This document shows positions 29,167 through 37,380 of a stretch of DNA of 64,000 nt, piece by piece. Positions within the stretch are counted from its first letter, which is position 1. The number at the start of each line of letters is the position of its first letter. The notes beneath the pieces were generated by a model that ran no database searches, was not told the DNA's origin, and saw nothing but the letters and a program-made list of their open reading frames with translations. The translations under genes were made by a program, and so were the position numbers. Source of the DNA: Deltaproteobacteria bacterium (lineage in GTDB: Bacteria; Myxococcota_A; Polyangia; Fen-1088); assembly GCA_033763315.1 (NCBI GenBank), contig JANRKS010000040.1, forward strand, positions 128,001 to 192,000, in the 5' to 3' direction.

Positions 29167-29202
29167 GAGGCCACGGTTTACGCCGTGGCCTCTTTGCTTT
29201 TT
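29167..29202 (+). terminator. Rho-independent terminator after paralog 1
   Basis: Perfect 10-bp stem GAGGCCACGG/CCGTGGCCTC, 6-nt loop, followed by TTTGCTTTTT. Confidence 0.75.
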
Positions 29203-29220
29203 CAGCGCCCAGTTTTTAAG

Positions 29221-29260
29221 TGTTGCGGCCCACACAACAGCTGTCGCGCGGTAGGCGACA
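29221..29260. promoter_or_regulatory. Tandem 19-bp dyads, putative enhancer (UAS), copy 2
   Basis: TGTTGCGGCCCACACAACA (29221-29239) and TGTCGCGCGGTAGGCGACA (29242-29260), 21 bp apart. Confidence 0.7.
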
Positions 29261-29312
29261 CAACATGCGCTTCCGGTGGCGTAAACCCCAACAAAATCAA
29301 CCCCTGGGGCCT

Positions 29313-29328
29313 TGGCCCACCTCTTGCT
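29313..29328 (+). promoter_or_regulatory. Putative sigma54 promoter of NGL-repeat lipoprotein 2
   Basis: TGGCCCACCTCTTGCT (GG-N10-GC), -12 C 43 nt before ATG 29370. Confidence 0.7.
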
Positions 29329-29369
29329 GGACATAGATGAGGCTGCGTTCGTGCGGCCAGGAGGACCGG

Positions 29370-30695
29370 ATGCGTAATCAGGTGTTCGTGCTGTTAGCGA
29401 TGTCAACCTTGAGTGCCTGTGGCAATGAGGCGAACGAGGACTTGGCATTGATGGGTGCGCCGACGAGCCACGCCCTCCTCTCCGAAAACGGTTTGGTTGC
29501 CGTCAATGGGCTTACATCCACCAACGGCCTCACATCCACCAACGGCCTCGCAAGCACCAACGGGCTGGCCACGACCAACGGGCTCGCCACCACGAACGGC
29601 CTCGCCACCACGAACGGCCTCATGACGACGACCGAAGGCCGCGTCACCGTTGAATACATCGTGAGGTGTGCCTTGGCCGCGGGCGACTACCTCGACAAGC
29701 AAGACAACTACGGCCGCTCTTACCGCTTCTTGGGCCAGATCGGCGTGGCGCCCGCATGGAAGACGGGATCGTGCGGAACCACCTGCCAGCAAAAAGTGAC
29801 AGCGTGCCTGCTGGCGCACATCAACAGCACCGGCAACCGTGTGCCAATCTTCATCAACGCTGATCCCGACAAAATGCCATCCATCGGCATGACGATGGCC
29901 TACCAATCGGGCAGTGACGCCGTGATTCAAGAGGGCGTGTTCTTTGGCAACATCGTTGCCGCCAACCCTCCAGCCGCCTACTACGTCAAAGGTGACGGCT
30001 TCAAGGCCAGCATCGCCGGCCGCCTCGGCGCCAGCTCCACAACGCCTTACCAGCCATGGAGTGGTTACCGGCCTGATTCGTCCTTGTTCTATTCAGGCAA
30101 TGCCGATCCACTGTGCATGGCCCGCGTGATGGATGACGGCGAACACTACGACTACAAAGACTGCGGCGCCTCTTCCGCTCCCTACGCGCCCTTTCAAAGC
30201 ACGTGGCAGAACGTGATCAGCACCTACGTGAACCGCAACTACAACAGCATCGTTTCACAAGACTTTGTGACACGCACCTTCACGTTCGACGCCGAGCCGA
30301 CCCGTTATGTCACCAACAGCAAAGCGGACGTTTGGACAACGGCCCACAACTTCGAGTTCAAGAACACGGTTTTCGTCTACTCAACGGGCAAGCTAGCCGT
30401 GCAAGACGTCAACTCCGGCCGACGATTGTGTGCAAGTGGCTGGGGCGAGCACATCGTCATCACGAAGAACACCGGCGAACCCTTCTCTTTGGCGTCCCTC
30501 AAGCTCGGCTACCACGGGGCTGGAACCACTCTCACGATTCGCGGATACGCCAAAGGCAGCACTGTGGTGCGCTCAACGACCCTCACCAGTTCGGCGAGTG
30601 GCACCTCCGTTGCCCCGGGTTGGAACGGCCTGCTTAAGGTCGAGATCAAGGGGCCGCAAGGCGTGTGCATCGACGACTTGGTCGTCAAGACCTAG
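29370..30695 (+). CDS. Lipoprotein with 8 xxxNGL hexapeptide repeats (paralog 2)
   Basis: RBS GGAGGA, lipobox LSAC, (TST/AST/ATT)NGL repeats; shares blocks AHINSTGNRVPIF, YYVKGDGFKASIAGRLGAS and VTNSKADVWTT with paralog 1. Confidence 0.85.
   Translation: MRNQVFVLLAMSTLSACGNEANEDLALMGAPTSHALLSENGLVAVNGLTSTNGLTSTNGLASTNGLATTNGLATTNGLATTNGLMTTTEGRVTVEYIVRCALAAGDYLDKQDNYGRSYRFLGQIGVAPAWKTGSCGTTCQQKVTACLLAHINSTGNRVPIFINADPDKMPSIGMTMAYQSGSDAVIQEGVFFGNIVAANPPAAYYVKGDGFKASIAGRLGASSTTPYQPWSGYRPDSSLFYSGNADPLCMARVMDDGEHYDYKDCGASSAPYAPFQSTWQNVISTYVNRNYNSIVSQDFVTRTFTFDAEPTRYVTNSKADVWTTAHNFEFKNTVFVYSTGKLAVQDVNSGRRLCASGWGEHIVITKNTGEPFSLASLKLGYHGAGTTLTIRGYAKGSTVVRSTTLTSSASGTSVAPGWNGLLKVEIKGPQGVCIDDLVVKT
29478..29621 (+). 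repeat. 8 x 18-bp coding tandem repeat (xxxNGL)
   Basis: Units such as GCCACCACGAACGGCCTC. Confidence 0.9.
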
Positions 30696-30860
30696 ACCGT
30701 GCGTCCGGCTGGCCACGTCTGATGGCCTCCCCCCTAGCCGCGGCGCCCTAAATGCCGTATCACACGGGTGGGGAGAGGCCTCGCATTACGCTTGCGGAGC
30801 CTTGGCACCCAGGGGCATCATGGATGACCACCCCTCGTGATTCCAAGGACTTAACGCACA

Positions 30861-31850
30861 ATGCCAGACATGAACATCATCCAAGCCGTCAACGACTGCC
30901 TGCGTTTGGAGATGCGTCGCGATCCTAAAGTTGTGGTTTTGGGCGAAGACGTGGGGCGCTTCGGAGGCGTCTTTCGCGCCACCACCGGCTTATTTGATGA
31001 GTTCGGCCCCGAACGTTGCATGGACACGCCGCTGGCCGAGGCGGGCATCATCGGCAGCGCCATCGGCATGGCTTTGTACGGCATGCGCCCCGTGGCTGAG
31101 ATCCAGTTCGCAGATTTCATCTACCCCGCGTTCGATCAGATCGTGAACGAGCTGGCAAAGATGCGGTACCGCAGCGGCGGCGAATACCCGGCCCCCGTCA
31201 TCATTCGCACACCCGCGGGCGGCGGCATCCGTGGCGGCCATTACCACAGCCAATCACCCGAGGCCTTGTTCATCCACGTCGCGGGTCTTCAGGTGGTGTA
31301 TCCCTCAAACCCGATCGACGCCAAAGGTTTGCTCGCGTCAGCCATTCGCGGGCAAGATCCGGTGATCTTCTTTGAACCCAAGCGCGTGTATCGTGCGTCG
31401 CGTGGTGACGTGCCTGAGGGGGAATACTTGATCCCCATCGGCAAAGCCAAAGTGGTCAGATCCGTACCCGCGCGTTCAGCGAACTCGGTGACGATCTTGG
31501 CCTGGGGCGCGATGGTGCACACGGCGCTTGAGGCGGCCACGCAAGGAGAAGAAGAAGGCTTCGAGATGGAAGTCGTGGATTTGCGCACGTTGTTGCCCTA
31601 CGACATCGAAACCATTTTGGATTCCGTGAAAAAAACGGGCCGCGTGGTGATCGTGCACGAAGCACAACGCACCTGCGGCTTCGGCGCGGAGCTGGCCGCC
31701 ACCATTCAAGAAAAGGCGATGCTGCATCTGGAGGCGCCCATCTTGCGCGTGACCGGATTCGACACGCCCTTCCCTTACACCTTGGAAAACGAATACCTAC
31801 CCGACGCCAACCGCATCTTGGATGCGGTGGAGCGCACCATCAATTTCTAA
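30861..31850 (+). CDS. 2-oxoacid dehydrogenase E1 beta subunit (branched-chain/pyruvate type)
   Basis: GEDVG..GGVFR, DTPLAEAGI, EIQFADF, GGHYHSQSPE, FFEPK, VDLRTL. Confidence 0.93.
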   Translation: MPDMNIIQAVNDCLRLEMRRDPKVVVLGEDVGRFGGVFRATTGLFDEFGPERCMDTPLAEAGIIGSAIGMALYGMRPVAEIQFADFIYPAFDQIVNELAKMRYRSGGEYPAPVIIRTPAGGGIRGGHYHSQSPEALFIHVAGLQVVYPSNPIDAKGLLASAIRGQDPVIFFEPKRVYRASRGDVPEGEYLIPIGKAKVVRSVPARSANSVTILAWGAMVHTALEAATQGEEEGFEMEVVDLRTLLPYDIETILDSVKKTGRVVIVHEAQRTCGFGAELAATIQEKAMLHLEAPILRVTGFDTPFPYTLENEYLPDANRILDAVERTINF

Positions 31851-31886
31851 CCGACGCGCGATCGATATCGATTCTCTGGAGCGATA

Positions 31887-33128
31887 ATGGCCTACGAGTT
31901 CAAGCTGCCTGACATTGGCGAAGGCGTGGTTGAGGGAGAGATCGTGCGCTGGCTGGTCAACGAAGGCGACGAGCTTTCGCAAGATCAGCCCATGGTGGAA
32001 GTGATGACGGATAAGGCGACCGTGGAGATCCCGGCGCCCAAGCCCGGCAAGGTGCTGACGCGCCACTTTGCCGAAGGCGAGATCTGCCCCGTGGGCAAAG
32101 TGCTGATCACGATCGATGACGGTGGCGCGCACGCCGCCCCCGAAGCGCAAGCGGCGCGCAAACGGCGAGCCAGTGCTCCGGCAACGGCTTCCAATGGCGT
32201 GCCTGACACGCAGGCCTTGCCCACCACAGTCACATCGACCGGACCCGTGCTGGCCACGCCCGCCACGCGCAAACTCGCGCGCGAAATCGGCGTCAACATT
32301 GGCCACGTCCAAGGCAGTGGCCCTGCGGGTCGCATCACCAACGAAGACGTACGCGCGGCCCACAGCGGCGGTCATTTGCCCAGCGCTCCCAAAGCCAACA
32401 AACCGACGCCGCAAAAGGTGTCTGCCTCCGAAGGCGATGTGCGCATTCCGTTTCGGGGCTTGCGACGCAAGATTGCCGAACGCATGGCGCTTTCAAAACA
32501 AAAGGCCGCGCACTTTACCTATGTAGAAGAGGTGGACGCCTCGGCCCTGGTGACTTTGCGTACGCGTGCCAACGCTCGCTTGGCGCCGCAGAAGCTTTCG
32601 TTTTTGCCCTTCATCGTAAAGGCCACGGTCGAAGCGCTGAAACACTTCCCGCAGCTGAACGCCACGCTCGACGAAACCACGTCTGAAATCGTGCAACGCC
32701 GCAGCTATCACATGGGCATCGCTTCGGCCACGGCCGAGGGCTTGGTGGTGCCCGTGGTGCACGACGCCGATAAGCGGTCACTGGTTGATCTGGGGCGCGA
32801 AATTGATCGACTGGCGGCCGCCACGAAAGCGGGCAAGGCCACGCTGCAAGATCTCACGGGCTCAACCTTCACCATCACGAGCCTGGGTACGCTTGGCGGC
32901 TTACACGCCACGCCGGTGATCAACTTCCCCGAGGTAGCGATCTTGGCCGTACACAAGATCGCGAAGCGCGCGGTGGTTGTGGACGACAAGATCGAGATCC
33001 GAGAGATGATGAACCTTTCAATCTCGGTGGATCACCGCTTGGTTGATGGCCACGAGGCGGCCGCGTTTGTGGCGATGATCAAGGATTCGCTGGAAACGCC
33101 TGGCTTGCTGTTTTTGGATTCAGTTTAG
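31887..33128 (+). CDS. Dihydrolipoamide acyltransferase E2 (single lipoyl domain)
   Basis: LPDIGEG, lipoyl site VMTDKATVEIP, peripheral-subunit-binding ATPATRKLARE..GSGPAGRI, catalytic DHRLVDG. Confidence 0.93.
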   Translation: MAYEFKLPDIGEGVVEGEIVRWLVNEGDELSQDQPMVEVMTDKATVEIPAPKPGKVLTRHFAEGEICPVGKVLITIDDGGAHAAPEAQAARKRRASAPATASNGVPDTQALPTTVTSTGPVLATPATRKLAREIGVNIGHVQGSGPAGRITNEDVRAAHSGGHLPSAPKANKPTPQKVSASEGDVRIPFRGLRRKIAERMALSKQKAAHFTYVEEVDASALVTLRTRANARLAPQKLSFLPFIVKATVEALKHFPQLNATLDETTSEIVQRRSYHMGIASATAEGLVVPVVHDADKRSLVDLGREIDRLAAATKAGKATLQDLTGSTFTITSLGTLGGLHATPVINFPEVAILAVHKIAKRAVVVDDKIEIREMMNLSISVDHRLVDGHEAAAFVAMIKDSLETPGLLFLDSV

Positions 33129-33136
33129 GTTTCATC

Positions 33137-34384
33137 GTGTCTTTGCAAAGATCATCCAAGCCCACCACCGGCGCGTCAGCCCGCAAAGCCGCAACGCTGG
33201 TTGAGCGATCGAAATCCGGCCAAACGGAGTCCCACGAATCCGTGGAAGTTTGGACGGACGAGGCTTACGCGTTGGCCACGGGCATCATTCAGATCTTGGA
33301 TGAAAACGGCAAAGCTGATCCCGCGCGCGTGCCAGCCCTAAGCGCCGCCGAACACAAGCGGCTTTATGCGGGCATGCTGCAAAGCCGCTTGCTTGACGAT
33401 CGCTTGATGCCGTTGCAGCGCCAAGGGCGGATCGGCTTTTACATCGAGGCCCGCGGGCAAGAAGCGGGCATGATTGGCGGCGCCCACGCGATTGAGCCGC
33501 GTGATTACTTCATCTCCGGCTTGCGTGAAACGGCCGCGGGCATCTACCGCGGCATGCCCCTGCGCACGCACTTGGCGCAGATGTTCGGCAACATCAACGA
33601 CGTCACGTTGGGCCACCAGTTGCCGTGCCACTCTGGCACCCGCGCGTCTAACCACTTGGTGATGTCGTCATGCGTGTCCTCGCAGCTGCCACAGGCCGCG
33701 GGTGTGGCGTGGGCTGCCAAGCTTTCAAAGTCGGATCAGGTGGCGCTTGGTTACATGGGTGATGGCGGCACCAGTGCCGAGGATTTTCACGTGGCGATGA
33801 ATTTCGCCGCCGTGTTTAAGCTGCCCGTGGTGTTCGTGTGCCAGAACAACCAATGGGCCATTTCAACGCCGCTGTCTCAACAAACTGTGTCGGAAACAAT
33901 TGCCATCAAAGGTTTGGCCTATGGCATTCCGTCATACCGGGTGGATGGCAACGACGTGTTCGCCGTTTACAGCACCGTGAAAGCGGCCGTCGACCGGGCG
34001 CGTGCGGGTGGCGGCCCCTCATTCATCGAGAACCTGACGTATCGGATCGGCCCGCACAGCTCTTCTGACGATCCCACGCGCTACCGCGATCCGAAAGAGC
34101 CTGAACCGTGGCGCACCAAATGCCCCCTGCGCCGCTACAAGCTGTGGCTTGAGCGGGAAGGCATTTTGCCCGCCGAGCAAGAGGCAGCCTTGGCCGCGGC
34201 GCTCGAGCAAGAGATACGCGACGGCATCAGTGCGGAAGAATCAGCCCCGAAACCTGAGCGCTCGTCCGTCATCGCCGCCGTTTACGCCGAACCGAACTGG
34301 ATTTTGAAGGAGCAGCTCGCTGACCTTGAGCGCGTGCGGGCGCGCCGTGGCGGCGGGGGCAACGCGTCCGGTTCCCACGGTTAA
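33137..34384 (+). CDS. 2-oxoacid dehydrogenase E1 alpha subunit
   Basis: LQRQGRIGFY, TPP motif GDGGTS..NNQWAIS, VDGND, RIGPHSSSDDPTRYR. Confidence 0.92.
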   Translation: MSLQRSSKPTTGASARKAATLVERSKSGQTESHESVEVWTDEAYALATGIIQILDENGKADPARVPALSAAEHKRLYAGMLQSRLLDDRLMPLQRQGRIGFYIEARGQEAGMIGGAHAIEPRDYFISGLRETAAGIYRGMPLRTHLAQMFGNINDVTLGHQLPCHSGTRASNHLVMSSCVSSQLPQAAGVAWAAKLSKSDQVALGYMGDGGTSAEDFHVAMNFAAVFKLPVVFVCQNNQWAISTPLSQQTVSETIAIKGLAYGIPSYRVDGNDVFAVYSTVKAAVDRARAGGGPSFIENLTYRIGPHSSSDDPTRYRDPKEPEPWRTKCPLRRYKLWLEREGILPAEQEAALAAALEQEIRDGISAEESAPKPERSSVIAAVYAEPNWILKEQLADLERVRARRGGGGNASGSHG

Positions 34385-34457
34385 CCTTCGCCGGGCTTGA
34401 GCCGCACAACCGGCCGCAAACGTTGGCCTAGCCACGGTTTTAGGCTATAAGCCGGCC

Positions 34458-35870
34458 GTGGCAGCCGAATCTGAAAATCTGAAAGTACACGCTCTCGTCA
34501 TTGGCGCCGGCCCCGGTGGGTACGTCGCAGGCATTCGTTTGGGGCAACTCAAACAAAAAGCCATGGTCATCGAGAAAGAGAAGGCCGGCGGCGTTTGTTT
34601 GAACGTGGGCTGCATTCCTTCGAAGGCTTTGATCAACGCCGCGAAGACCTTCGACAAGATGAAGCACGCCGATGAGATTGGCGTGTTTGCCGACAACATC
34701 CGCGTGGACATGGGCCGCATGCAAACGTGGAAAGATACGGTGGTATCGAAGCTCACGGGCGGCGTGAAAACGCTGTTGAAGGCCAACGGTTGCGACTTCA
34801 GGCTCGGCACCGCGCGCATCACCGGACCGAAAACCGTGGCCGTTGAGAGCTCTGAAGGCAACTACACAATCGAAGCTGAAAACATCATCATCGCCACAGG
34901 TTCACGCCCCGTGGAGATCCCAGGCTTTCAGTTCGATGGCAACCGCGTGGTGGATTCCACCGGCGCCCTGGCTTTCACTGAAGTACCCCCTCGCTTGGTG
35001 GTGATCGGTGGCGGCTACATCGGCATGGAGATCGGCACGCTCTACGCGAAGCTCGGCTCGAAGGTCACCGTTGTTGAAGCGTTGCCCCGGTTGCTGCCCG
35101 GCACCGACACAGAGCTGGCGCAGGTTGTGGTGAAGAAGCTGAAAAAGCTGGGCGTGGAAGCCATCACCAACGCCAAAGCCAAAGGCTGGGAAGAAAAGGG
35201 CGATCACGCCCTGGTGGCGATCGAAACGGCCGAAGGTGAAAAGACCATCGCGGCCGACAAGATCCTGGTGGCTGTGGGCCGACGCCCCAACACCGAAAAC
35301 CTAGGGCTTGAAACTGTGGGCGTAAAGGTGGAACGCGGCTTTGTGCCTGTGAACCAACGCCAGGAAACCAACGTTCCAGGCATCTATGCGATTGGCGACG
35401 TCGCGGGGCAACCCATGTTGGCGCACAAGGCTTCGAAGGAAGCCGAGGTGGCCGCAGAGGTGATCGCGGGCAAGAATGCCGCGATGGACGCGCGCGTGGT
35501 GCCTGCGGTGATCTTCACGGATCCCGAAGTGGCCGCCGCTGGTCTCACCGCAGAAGAAGCTGAACAAAAAGGCCGCAAGGTGCGCACGGGGAAATTTCCT
35601 TTCGTGGCGCTTGGCCGCGCCATCGCGAACGCGGACACCGATGGTTTCGTGAAGGTGGTATTGGACGCCGACACAAGCGAGATCTTGGGCATTCACGTGG
35701 TGGGCAACGGCGCCTCCGACGTGATTGGCGAAGCGGCGTTGGCGATCGAGATGGGGGCCATGGCCGATGATTTGGGCCTCACGATTCACGCGCATCCCAC
35801 ATTGCCCGAAGCCTTGATGGAAGCGGCCAAAGCCGCGCAAGGTGAAGCCATCCACGTTCAAAACCGATAA
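34458..35870 (+). CDS. lpdA: Dihydrolipoyl dehydrogenase (E3)
   Basis: GAGPGGY, GGVCLNVGCIPSK, GGGYIG, IHAHPTL. Confidence 0.95.
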   Translation: MAAESENLKVHALVIGAGPGGYVAGIRLGQLKQKAMVIEKEKAGGVCLNVGCIPSKALINAAKTFDKMKHADEIGVFADNIRVDMGRMQTWKDTVVSKLTGGVKTLLKANGCDFRLGTARITGPKTVAVESSEGNYTIEAENIIIATGSRPVEIPGFQFDGNRVVDSTGALAFTEVPPRLVVIGGGYIGMEIGTLYAKLGSKVTVVEALPRLLPGTDTELAQVVVKKLKKLGVEAITNAKAKGWEEKGDHALVAIETAEGEKTIAADKILVAVGRRPNTENLGLETVGVKVERGFVPVNQRQETNVPGIYAIGDVAGQPMLAHKASKEAEVAAEVIAGKNAAMDARVVPAVIFTDPEVAAAGLTAEEAEQKGRKVRTGKFPFVALGRAIANADTDGFVKVVLDADTSEILGIHVVGNGASDVIGEAALAIEMGAMADDLGLTIHAHPTLPEALMEAAKAAQGEAIHVQNR

Positions 35871-35872
35871 TC

Positions 35873-36193
35873 GTGTGGTTCAAGGTTCTCGAGCCTGGCA
35901 CCCTTTCAGAAGGAGATGTGCGTTCCGTGCATTGTGCGGGACGCGCGCTCTGCGTTCTGAAGGCCAATGGGCAGTTTGCCGCGCTGGATGATGCATGCCC
36001 CCACCAAGGCGCGCCGCTTGGCGACGGCTGGGTGGAAGAAGGCTTGCTCATCTGCCCCCGCCACGCGTGGGCGTTTGATCCTTTCAAAGGTTCGCTTGCA
36101 GGCAGCGAGGTGCAAGAGATCACAACGTATCCCATCGAAGAGCGCGACGATGGCGTTTACGTGGCCGTGCCCGAGCCACGTAAGAAACCGTAA
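35873..36193 (+). CDS. Rieske [2Fe-2S] ferredoxin
   Basis: CPHQGAPL and CPRHAWAFD; GTG start 2 nt after the lpdA stop. Confidence 0.85.
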   Translation: MWFKVLEPGTLSEGDVRSVHCAGRALCVLKANGQFAALDDACPHQGAPLGDGWVEEGLLICPRHAWAFDPFKGSLAGSEVQEITTYPIEERDDGVYVAVPEPRKKP

Positions 36194-36361
36194 CGCGGGC
36201 ACCCCAGCGCGTCCCGTCCTCTCCGCCTATGAAGCGGCGCAATTTTACGAGCGAGGAAGCTGTTGCGAGGGAACACGTCGCCTTAATCGCCTAGACTCAT
36301 TCTGCTCACCAAGCTCGCCAACGAGCTGACCGATAAGGTCGCATGCGCAAGGGGTTCCAGG

Positions 36362-37306
36362 ATGTTCGGAAAACCGTCTGTATCTGCGTTCGCTGTTTTT
36401 TTTGCACTGGTGCACGCCACCAGCGGATGTGGCGCCGGGGATGCGGAGGCCGACGATGACGGCGGCGGGGCTGGTGGTTCGCAAGGCGGCGGTGGCGGAC
36501 AAGAAGACGAAGGCGGAAGTGGAGGCAACAACCAGCCCGGCGCCGGGGGGGCGGCGGGTGGGGCCAGCGGAGCGGGTGCCGTGGGGGGTGCGCCCGGCGG
36601 CCAAGGCGGCAGCGCCGCGGGTGCGGGAGGCAACACCCCCGGTGCCGGGGGGGCTTCCGGATCTAACCCATACGGCCTGCCAACAAACCGCCCGATTTTG
36701 ATCCAACCCCTTGGCGATTCCATCACCGAAGGCAAGGGCACCGATCAGGAGGCCACTTACCGACGACCCTTGTGGAAGAAGCTAAAAGACGCCCGTTACA
36801 ACGTGGACTTCGTCGGCTCGCGCAAGCTGCAACTGGGCGATGCGCCGCCGTTTTTCAAGGACTACGACCCTGATCACGAGGGTCATTACGGCTGGAAGTT
36901 GGCCGAAGTCATCAAGCCTGAAAACCTTGGGCAGTGGCTGAAGCTTTACACGCCCGACGTGGCACTGGTCCATTTGGGAACGAACGATTCGGCGGCCGGG
37001 GCGGCAACGCTGGTAACAAACACCGAAACGCTCGTGAAGCAGCTGCGCGCCGACAATCCAGCCATCGTGATTGTGCTCGCCCAGCTGATCCAACCCGGAC
37101 CCACGCAGCAGGGCTTCAACTCGATGTTGCCGGCTTTGGCACAAAAGCTGACCACGCCGATGTCGCCGATACTCGTGGTCAATCAGACGCAGGGATTCAC
37201 CACCGCTGATACGATTGATGGCATTCATCCCAACCCCAGCGGCCAAGAGAAGATGGCCACGAAGTGGTTCGCAAGCCTCATGACATTCTTGCCCACGCCG
37301 CAGTGA
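36362..37306 (+). CDS. SGNH/GDSL carbohydrate-esterase-like lipoprotein with Gly-rich tether
   Basis: Signal ending TSGC; PLGDSIT, DFVGS, HEGHYG, HLGTND, DGIHPN. Confidence 0.85.
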   Translation: MFGKPSVSAFAVFFALVHATSGCGAGDAEADDDGGGAGGSQGGGGGQEDEGGSGGNNQPGAGGAAGGASGAGAVGGAPGGQGGSAAGAGGNTPGAGGASGSNPYGLPTNRPILIQPLGDSITEGKGTDQEATYRRPLWKKLKDARYNVDFVGSRKLQLGDAPPFFKDYDPDHEGHYGWKLAEVIKPENLGQWLKLYTPDVALVHLGTNDSAAGAATLVTNTETLVKQLRADNPAIVIVLAQLIQPGPTQQGFNSMLPALAQKLTTPMSPILVVNQTQGFTTADTIDGIHPNPSGQEKMATKWFASLMTFLPTPQ

Positions 37307-37380
37307 TTTGGGCACGTGTGATCACCAACACGCCAGCGCCAAACCTTGCTCGGAGGCGCCACAAAGGTTAAACGTTGGCG

